From: Synechococcus sp. A15-28
GTDB taxonomy: Bacteria > Cyanobacteriota > Cyanobacteriia > PCC-6307 > Cyanobiaceae
Assembly: GCF_014280175.1 (NCBI RefSeq)
Contig: NZ_CP047931.1
Location: 1,200,001 to 1,232,000, forward strand
DNA length: 32,000 nucleotides
Reading direction: 5' to 3'
A program made the position numbers and the translations under genes. The notes below the pieces were generated by a model. It was not told the origin of the DNA. It made no database searches and worked only from the letters and a program-made list of their open reading frames with translations. This document shows positions 25,870 to 32,000 of the stretch, piece by piece (position 1 is the stretch's first letter; each line of letters begins with the position of its first letter).

Positions 25870-26733
25870 TCAACAAGCCGGCACTGGATCCAACATTGAA
25901 CGCGTTGTGAGGGAGAAGCCCATCTGGCGCAGCCGCGCATTGGAAACGCGGGCGTTGAACACCCTGGCCCCTGGACGATCATGGTTGTCCCAGATCACCG
26001 GGGGGAGTCCCTCGTCATCACAGAGGGCGTTGGACAGCTCCCGCCGCGACAGTTGAAGGTCATCCACCAGGTTGTAGATCCCCTGAAGTCTGCGTTGCAG
26101 GGCGAATTCCACCCCCCGCACGATGTCGTCCAGGTGCACCCAGGCATTGATGTGGTTGCCGTTCTTGGCCACCTGCTGACCCGCAGCACGTCGGATGTAG
26201 GAGGAGATGTCCTTGCCGGGACCGTAGATGCCCCCCAGCCGCAGAACACAGGTCTGAATCAAGGGGGTGTTCAGCCCCAACACCGCATGTTCCGCCTCAA
26301 CAAGAAGAGCATTAGTGGTGTTGCTGAGGTCCGGTGGTGACAGCTCCGTGGTGATGGCGCCGGACTGATCTCCATAGATCCCCGCACTGCTGAGATAACT
26401 GACATGCAGTGGGCGTGCCCGCGGACGCTCGCGAAGAGCGTTCACGAGAGCATGCACCGCGTCGCCATAGACCGCCCGGTACTGATCCTCCTCGTAACTG
26501 GCTGTGGTCGGAGCCATGGCGATCAACAGACCATCAAGGTCGTCCAGAACACTGAAATCAGCAGAGGGATCACCGCAGCGGAGAATGCGGGGATGATCCA
26601 CCAGGTCGCAGAGTTCGACCAGGCGAGCGGGGCCGGTGGTGGTTCCTGTGAGCTCGACACCCTGGCTGCGCAGGTGGAGCGCAACAGCGGATCCGACATA
26701 CCCACAACCGATAACCCCGAACCGCTTGGCCAT
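25870..26733 (-). CDS. NAD-dependent epimerase/dehydratase (SDR) family protein
   Basis: 'FGVIGCGYVGSAVALHL', 'YLSSAGIYG', 'LRLGGIYGPG'. Confidence 0.85.
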   Translation of the reverse strand: MAKRFGVIGCGYVGSAVALHLRSQGVELTGTTTGPARLVELCDLVDHPRILRCGDPSADFSVLDDLDGLLIAMAPTTASYEEDQYRAVYGDAVHALVNALRERPRARPLHVSYLSSAGIYGDQSGAITTELSPPDLSNTTNALLVEAEHAVLGLNTPLIQTCVLRLGGIYGPGKDISSYIRRAAGQQVAKNGNHINAWVHLDDIVRGVEFALQRRLQGIYNLVDDLQLSRRELSNALCDDEGLPPVIWDNHDRPGARVFNARVSNARLRQMGFSLTTRSMLDPVPAC

Positions 26734-26785
26734 AGCGCGTCACGTCACTTCACATAACGTAACCATTCACAGACTGGGTCGGGTC

Positions 26786-27139
26786 TCAGAACAACAGCCG
26801 CAGCACTCCCAGCGTGACCAAGGCAAGGGCGACAGTCATAGCCAGCCCCCCCAGCAGCAGAACAATGCCGGCCACGAAACCGAGGCGCGCAGCAGTCTGG
26901 GGAAACAGGAGATAAAAACTGATTGCAAGGGCCACCGGCCACATCGGTGGCAACAGCAGGCAGAGGGCCGTCAGCAGGGTGAGACGACGGCGTCGACTGA
27001 GGTTCTGCTCCCTCTCCTGTTGAAGCTGCAGCTGTTGACGATCCAGCACGTCCTGCTCTTCGTCGCTGAGCCAGCGCCCCCGATCGCGGGCGGCCTGCAG
27101 GTCCTGCTCCAGATTTTGGGGAGTGGGTCCCTCAGCCAT
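26786..27139 (-). CDS. Membrane hypothetical protein with N-terminal Gln/Arg-rich coiled-coil segment
   Basis: Two hydrophobic segments after 'DEEQDVLDRQQLQLQQEREQNLSRRRR'; start overlaps the end of the upstream minus-strand gene by 8 nt. Confidence 0.6.
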   Translation of the reverse strand: MAEGPTPQNLEQDLQAARDRGRWLSDEEQDVLDRQQLQLQQEREQNLSRRRRLTLLTALCLLLPPMWPVALAISFYLLFPQTAARLGFVAGIVLLLGGLAMTVALALVTLGVLRLLF

Positions 27140-27521
27140 TCAGTTGACGGAGCAGCGAACGACGATCCTCCTCCAATTCATCCTGAATCATGAGTGCCAC
27201 CGCCTGCGGATCATCCAAAACCATGTCATGGGTGAAACGAAGCGTGCGCAGATGGCGACTGAGCAAACGGTCACGGTCGTAGTCCTTGTCGCGCCGTTTG
27301 GTTTTGTTGTGGCGAGCCCCGTCGATTTCCACATTGATCAGTCCATGGGGCGAAATCACCAGCAGATCGAGGGTGCGACGGGTTCCTGACGCACCCCCGG
27401 GAATGCAGACGTGCAGCTCAAAGCTGAACAGAAGACCTGCCGCCTCGAGAGCCTCACAAAGACGCACATGACCTTCCGACTGAAGATCGATCCCCTTGAA
27501 CCTGTGCTCCCCCTCGGCCAT
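27132..27521 (-). CDS. Putative DUF559/Vsr-like nuclease-fold protein
   Basis: 'RRTLDLLVISPHGLINVEIDGARHNKTKRRDKDYDRDRLLSRHLRTLRFTHDMVLDDPQAVALMIQDEL' follows the DUF559 pattern D...(E)xDGxxH...D..R...L......LRF. Confidence 0.6.
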   Translation of the reverse strand: MAEGEHRFKGIDLQSEGHVRLCEALEAAGLLFSFELHVCIPGGASGTRRTLDLLVISPHGLINVEIDGARHNKTKRRDKDYDRDRLLSRHLRTLRFTHDMVLDDPQAVALMIQDELEEDRRSLLRQLNG

Positions 27522-27730
27522 GGAAGGCCTCAGCGGTGCACCAGACGTGCATGCAGATCACACACCTTGATGGCCTTGGCAGGGGGTTCCTGACAGAGCG
27601 CACCCAACTCCTGGTTCAGCTGCTGAAACAAGCCGAGCTCCGCTCCTGGCAAGGAGGAGAGCGCACTCATCAAACCGATCATCGCCACCATCACCACCGC
27701 AACAACCTCCAGTCCAATCTTGAGACAAGA

Positions 27731-27916
27731 TTAAGACTCCAGTGGGCTCTCGTCGTCCTGTGGTCGATCCAGGTCATCCACCTGGACCACCCCTTTCAAG
27801 GTGCCGAGATGGAGCAACAATCCGGAGCGCCAGGCCGACTCAGAATCAATGGCCTCGATGCTCTCGGTGTCGAGCACGCCATGGCGATCAACAATCAGAT
27901 CAAACAACGGAGCCAT
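27731..27916 (-). CDS. Small hypothetical protein (61 aa)
   Basis: Intact ORF MAPLFDLIVDRHGVLDTESIEAIDSESAW.... Confidence 0.35.
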   Translation of the reverse strand: MAPLFDLIVDRHGVLDTESIEAIDSESAWRSGLLLHLGTLKGVVQVDDLDRPQDDESPLES

Positions 27917-28004
27917 GGTGAGGTCGCGGAGTCTCCCCTATTCAGGCAAGAACACCTGGAACGCACATCCCCCAAATGAGGGATGCTGCGCCGACTGAAT
28001 GGCG

Positions 28005-28118
28005 TCAGGCCTGGGCTGCCAGAACGGACAGTGCGGCCAGTACGCCAACGGCGATCACAACGAACGACAGACCCATCGCGATCTCGTTGCTGCGCTTTCT
28101 GCTCTGATAACTGCGCAT
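28005..28118 (-). CDS. Single-pass membrane microprotein (37 aa)
   Basis: Manual translation MRSYQSRKRSNEIAMGLSFVVIAVGVLAALSVLAAQA*. Confidence 0.5.
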   Translation of the reverse strand: MRSYQSRKRSNEIAMGLSFVVIAVGVLAALSVLAAQA

Positions 28119-28175
28119 GGATGGATCGCGAAGGACATCAAACTTAAAGGCGTAGTCACTTCCCAAGCCGCAAAG

Positions 28176-28421
28176 TCAACAGGACTTGATATCGGCGAAA
28201 TCTTTCTTCATCAGCTCTTGATCGTGAGCGGCATCAACCTCGATCCATTGAAGAATCAACCCATGCAGGCAAGCCAGAGCACGCTGCTGCTCAAACGACC
28301 CAGCCGGTGTGTATTTGAAATCCATGAAGATCCGATCGGCCTGCGGACGCTGCTGCAGACAACGCTCCTGGATGGACATCAGCTCTGGGGTTGACCGGTT
28401 CCAGCCAGGCGCCAGACCCAC
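28176..28421 (-). CDS. Small hypothetical protein (81 aa; start may be internal)
   Basis: 'IFMDFKYTPAGSFEQQRALACLHGLILQWIEVDAAHDQELMKKDFADIKSC'. Confidence 0.4.
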   Translation of the reverse strand: MGLAPGWNRSTPELMSIQERCLQQRPQADRIFMDFKYTPAGSFEQQRALACLHGLILQWIEVDAAHDQELMKKDFADIKSC

Positions 28422-28480
28422 AGCACCATGCTGGCCGCTGAAAGGGCACCGAAAATCGTGAGGAGGAGCTGGGTCGTCAT
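28379..28480 (-). CDS. Single-pass membrane microprotein (33 aa)
   Basis: Manual translation MTTQLLLTIFGALSAASMVLWVWRLAGTGQPQS*. Confidence 0.4.
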   Translation of the reverse strand: MTTQLLLTIFGALSAASMVLWVWRLAGTGQPQS

Positions 28481-28694
28481 CAGGAAATAGCGGGCCGATG
28501 GCGCCGCCGAGCTTCGCTTTACAAAACTACATGCCTTTGACGTTTGACGTGGGCGTGCGCATCAACGCGCGGCTGGCGGCAACGCCAGTGATCGATGTGT
28601 CATATTAAGGGGTGTAGCAGGTTCATCAACCTGCGAGCTGAGCAAACCTGATAACGCAGGCGAGCGAGAACCCAATAACTCTGGTTTGAATTCC

Positions 28695-28829
28695 ATGAAG
28701 ACCCATCCCACCGAGCGTGCATCGAACGCGGCTGCGCACACGTCCGCAGTTCAGGAGCGCTCTGAGTCCACGCAGCGCAAAGCCTCCCCTCAGCTGATCA
28801 GCTGGGAGGAGGTGATCGGAGAACGCTGA
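28695..28829 (+). CDS. Possible small hydrophilic protein (44 aa)
   Basis: Manual translation MKTHPTERASNAAAHTSAVQERSESTQRKASPQLISWEEVIGER*. Confidence 0.3.
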   Translation: MKTHPTERASNAAAHTSAVQERSESTQRKASPQLISWEEVIGER

Positions 28830-28848
28830 GCGTCAGCCCCGGCTGGGA

Positions 28849-29106
28849 TCAGCGGCGGGGTTCAGCCTGACGAACAGTGATTCCACGCCCCATCCACTCG
28901 ACATCCTGGAGATCGTCGATGGCGGATTTTTCATCCGCAGCGTTAGCAAGGTCGACAAATGCAAAGCCACGCTTTCGGCCGGTTTCCCGATCCAAAGGCA
29001 GGGAACACTTGCTGACCTCGCCGTACTGGCTGAACAGATGAACGAGGTCTTCTCTCTCAGCGTCCCAGGAGAGATTGCCAATGAAAATCGTCAAAAAAAG
29101 AGCCAA
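28849..29106 (-). CDS. RNA-binding protein with RRM domain (cyanobacterial Rbp type)
   Basis: RNP2 'IFIGNLSWD' and RNP1 'RKRGFAFVDL'. Confidence 0.92.
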   Translation of the reverse strand: MALFLTIFIGNLSWDAEREDLVHLFSQYGEVSKCSLPLDRETGRKRGFAFVDLANAADEKSAIDDLQDVEWMGRGITVRQAEPRR

Positions 29107-29152
29107 AACCGGTCTTACTCACCATCGCATACAGCCGTTCAAGACGCGCTGT

Positions 29153-29371
29153 TCAACCAGCAGGCTCCGGCGTCTTTTGCAGTGAGAGAACGAACTTCAG
29201 CAGTGCTGATGCCAGCAGCGCATCCCCTTCGAGCACCAACAGACGATGCACCGTCATCGCCTGCGCCAGGTCAGGCGTCACCGAACCGTTGAGCAAGCCA
29301 CGGGCTTTGCTGCGGGCGACGATGTGTTGGAGCGACATGGTCATGGCTCCAAGCTGGCTCAATTGCGCCAA
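29153..29371 (-). CDS. Small hypothetical protein (72 aa)
   Basis: Intact ORF MAQLSQLGAMTMSLQHIVARSKARGLLNGSVTPDLAQAMTVHRLLVLEGD.... Confidence 0.45.
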   Translation of the reverse strand: MAQLSQLGAMTMSLQHIVARSKARGLLNGSVTPDLAQAMTVHRLLVLEGDALLASALLKFVLSLQKTPEPAG

Positions 29372-29540
29372 AGCCCCTCAGGTCTTCCACTTTGCAGCGG
29401 GATTGCGGGGCGGCTGTCCATCTCACCCGGGAAACGCGCCATCCCCATTGAGACGTTTGGAGGCAATTCGATAGAAGACCTGTTGTTTCGAACCTTTCAC
29501 CCATTCAATTGTTCACGCTGTCAACAACTGCAGCAACGTC

Positions 29541-29735
29541 ATGGGTGGATTGAGTGGCACCAAATCAGACGACTTCATCAATGCCGCCAAAGCACGTGGT
29601 GAAGCCGCCATCCAGGACAACCAACCCAAGCTGACCAAGCTGGAGAAGGCCTTCCGCCATGCCGCCTTGCGGCGACGCGCCCAGGACGCCCGCAGAGCAA
29701 CCGACGATCATCGCGCCAAACCGAAGGCCCATTAA
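29541..29735 (+). CDS. Small basic hypothetical protein (64 aa)
   Basis: MGGLSGTKSDDFINAAKARGEAAIQDNQPKLTKLEKAFRHAALRRRAQDARRATDDHRAKPKAH. Confidence 0.4.
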   Translation: MGGLSGTKSDDFINAAKARGEAAIQDNQPKLTKLEKAFRHAALRRRAQDARRATDDHRAKPKAH

Positions 29736-29825
29736 CAGGTCCATTCAAGATTCGCAAGGCCAGACAGCGATCAGGATAAATCTCGAAACATAGTGTTACG
29801 TTTAATAACTCTGTGTTTCCTGCGG

Positions 29826-30782
29826 ATGTTCACGCTCGAAAAAGCTCGTCAGATCTTCCCGGAAACACTTGCAGCTGGGGCAGTTCCGGCCATTACAGCG
29901 CGCTTCAAGCTGTTGTGCCCGGAGGATCAGTTAGCACTGATCTGGTTTGCCTACCTGGAGATGGGGCAGACCATCACCGTGGCGGCACCGGGTGCGGCCC
30001 GCATGGAGCTTGCACGGCCGACCCTGGATGAAATCCTGGCAATGAGCTTTGACGAGCAGACCAAGGTGATGTGCGACCTGGCTGCCAAAATCAACAGCCC
30101 TGTTTCTGTTCGATACGCCTACTGGTCAGTGAACGTGAAGCTCTGCTTCTGGTATGAGCTGGGAGAGTTCATGCGCCAGGGCAAGGTGGCACCCATTCCT
30201 CAGGGCTACAGGTTGTCCGCCAACGCCAACTCCGTGCTGGAGGCCGTCAAGAAAGTGGAGCAAGGCCAACAGATCACTCTGTTGCGCAACTTCGTGGTCG
30301 ATATGGGCTACGACCCCGATGTGGATGACAGCAAGGTGGTCTCCGAGCCGATCGTGGCACCGACACCGGTTGATCAGCGGGAAGACATTCTGATCCCCGG
30401 CGTGCTGAATCAGACCATCCTTAGTTACATGCAGCTGCTTAATGCCAACGACTTTGATCAGCTGATCGATCTGTTTCTCAATGATGGTGCGCTGCAGCCC
30501 CCCTTCCAACGTCCCATTGTTGGCCGCGAAGCCATCCTGAAATTCTTCAAGCGCGATTGTCAGAACCTGAAGCTGATGCCCCAGGGCGGTTACGGCGAGC
30601 CAACGGAAGGTGGCTTCAACCAGATCAAGGTCACCGGCAAGGTGCAGACCCCTTGGTTCGGTCGGGACGTTGGCATGAACGTGGCCTGGCGTTTCCTGCT
30701 GGATGAGAATGACAAGATCTATTTCGTAGCCATCGACTTACTGGCATCTCCAGCCGAGTTGCTCAAGCTGGGTGGCAAATGA
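29826..30782 (+). CDS. ocp: Orange carotenoid protein (two-domain OCP)
   Basis: N-domain 'LALIWFAYLEMGQTITVAAPG..RMELARPTLDEI', C-domain NTF2-like 'INQTILSYMQLLNANDFDQLIDLF..DGALQPPFQRPIVGREAI' (reads LNQT here). Confidence 0.96.
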   Translation: MFTLEKARQIFPETLAAGAVPAITARFKLLCPEDQLALIWFAYLEMGQTITVAAPGAARMELARPTLDEILAMSFDEQTKVMCDLAAKINSPVSVRYAYWSVNVKLCFWYELGEFMRQGKVAPIPQGYRLSANANSVLEAVKKVEQGQQITLLRNFVVDMGYDPDVDDSKVVSEPIVAPTPVDQREDILIPGVLNQTILSYMQLLNANDFDQLIDLFLNDGALQPPFQRPIVGREAILKFFKRDCQNLKLMPQGGYGEPTEGGFNQIKVTGKVQTPWFGRDVGMNVAWRFLLDENDKIYFVAIDLLASPAELLKLGGK

Positions 30783-31503
30783 GTTCAGCCCCCAGGCTCG
30801 CAAAGGGTTGGTTCTGGCTGGTCTGATTGGATCAGCCTGGCTGCTCACCCTTGGCCTGGGCTTCAGCCTGCCGCTCCATCAGACCTCTTGGCTGCTGATT
30901 GGCTGCTTGGTTCTGCTGAGGTCGTTTCTGCATACCGGGCTGTTCATCGTTGCCCACGACGCCATGCACGCCAGTCTCGTTCCGGATCATCCCGGTTTGA
31001 ACCGCTGGATCGGCAGGGTTTGTTTATTGATGTATGCGGGCTTGTCTTATAAGCGATGTTGCCGCAACCACAGGCGTCATCACCAGGCACCAGAAACGGT
31101 TGAGGATCCTGACTACCAACGGTGCACGAACAACAACATCCTGGATTGGTATGTTCACTTCATGAGCAACTATCTGGGCTGGCAACAACTTTTGAATTTA
31201 AGTTGTGTTTGGCTGGCGCTTACCTTCAGAGTATCTGATTACTCTGCGCAGTTCTTCCATCTGTTGTTGTTCAGTGTTCTGCCACTTATTGTCAGTTCTT
31301 GTCAATTGTTCCTGGTGGGAACCTGGTTACCCCATCGACGTGGAGCCACGACACGACCGGGCGTTACAACACGCAGCCTAAATTTACATCCAGCACTCTC
31401 TTTCGCAGCTTGTTACCACTTTGGCTATCATCGCGAGCATCACGAATCGCCTTCCACACCCTGGTTTCAGCTGCCAAAACTTCGAGAAGGATCATTGATT
31501 TGA
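30772..31503 (+). CDS. crtW: CrtW-type beta-carotene ketolase
   Basis: 'FLHTGLFIVAHDAMHASL', 'HRRHHQAPETVEDPDY', 'FGYHREHHESPSTPWFQLP' di-iron membrane oxygenase His motifs; GTG start overlapping the OCP 3' end by 11 nt. Confidence 0.88.
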   Translation: MANEFSPQARKGLVLAGLIGSAWLLTLGLGFSLPLHQTSWLLIGCLVLLRSFLHTGLFIVAHDAMHASLVPDHPGLNRWIGRVCLLMYAGLSYKRCCRNHRRHHQAPETVEDPDYQRCTNNNILDWYVHFMSNYLGWQQLLNLSCVWLALTFRVSDYSAQFFHLLLFSVLPLIVSSCQLFLVGTWLPHRRGATTRPGVTTRSLNLHPALSFAACYHFGYHREHHESPSTPWFQLPKLREGSLI

Positions 31504-31548
31504 TTTTTTCCGATCAAGGCTGATTTCCTTAACACTACTTTTCCTTTC

Positions 31549-31869
31549 ATGTCGGCAACAGACTGGACATCCGAAGAACAGGCTGTTGCCCGCACTGCTT
31601 TCGAGCTCGGCAAACAGCGTTCCATCACTGCTTTGATTACAACTCTGCAGGAGCAGTCCAGAAAGCTTGATACTCCGGAATCGATCTGGAAGCTGCATGA
31701 CCACCTCAGCACTGAGCGCTATTTGTTTGAAGGACGCGCTGAGTTTGACAAAAGCAACGTGTTATTCGTGTTGGCCGACATGATTAAACAACGTCTGATC
31801 ACGATGGACGATCTGCAGGGATTGGATCAAACCAAAGTGAGCAAAGTGAAAGCAATGTCGATGTTCTAG
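31549..31869 (+). CDS. frp: Fluorescence recovery protein
   Basis: 'EEQAVARTAFELGKQRSITALITTLQEQ...IWKLHDHLSTERYLFEGRAEFDKSNVLFVLADMIKQRLI..DDLQGLDQTKVSKVKAM' matches the FRP pattern and position downstream of OCP. Confidence 0.88.
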   Translation: MSATDWTSEEQAVARTAFELGKQRSITALITTLQEQSRKLDTPESIWKLHDHLSTERYLFEGRAEFDKSNVLFVLADMIKQRLITMDDLQGLDQTKVSKVKAMSMF

Positions 31870-31906
31870 ATGCACCCAAACGTGGTGTCAGAACCGCCGC
31901 GCGATT

Positions 31907-32000
31907 TCAACGCAGTGACCGGCCCTTCCAGGTCCATCCCTGCCCTGTGAGGGTGCGCCAGACGGAAACAGGCCCGATGGCACCGACGATCAATCCCCCA
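31907..32000 (-). CDS. 3' end of an unidentified minus-strand gene, possibly a glycosyltransferase family 2 C-terminus
   Basis: Manual translation ...WGLIVGAIGPVSVWRTLTGQGWTWKGRSLR*; 'W+GR' tail resembles membrane GT2 C-termini; runs off the window. Confidence 0.35.
   Translation of the reverse strand, partial: GGLIVGAIGPVSVWRTLTGQGWTWKGRSLR

Noticed and set aside
1-32000. Mobile element, prophage, tRNA, rRNA or CRISPR-Cas content
   Set aside because: No transposase, integrase, phage structural, Cas or structural-RNA signature was recognised on either strand by eye; a dedicated search (tRNAscan, ISfinder) would be needed to exclude them.

Overview
The window looks like a GC-rich marine picocyanobacterial (Synechococcus-like) chromosome segment with densely packed, mostly short operons. 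Recognisable content, in order: the 3' part of a ligase-associated/Lhr-like DEXH helicase; a cNMP-binding-like domain fused to a methylglyoxal synthase domain, overlapping a chromate-type (CHR) transporter; DUF1543; DnaJ-domain, DUF427, methyltransferase and HLIP genes; a NUDIX hydrolase and an orphan ABC ATPase; a MntCAB-type manganese ABC transporter whose permease gene is split from mntCA by an opposite-strand acyltransferase/NfeD/flotillin/flotillin module; nth; a 2Fe-2S ferredoxin; a uridine-kinase-like P-loop protein; DUF4278; DCC thiol oxidoreductase; an NAD-dependent epimerase; a DUF559-like putative nuclease; an RRM protein; and a complete OCP - CrtW-like ketolase - FRP photoprotection cluster. 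The three strongest second-look items are (i) the CNB-MgsA fusion translationally coupled to ChrA, (ii) two adjacent flotillin genes, each interrupted by exactly one in-frame stop codon while the frame stays open on both sides, and (iii) the split mnt operon. Several plausible microproteins below the 60-aa cutoff of the supplied ORF track were found by hand. No tRNA, rRNA, transposase or CRISPR array was recognised. All family calls are from memory of motifs; no database search was run.
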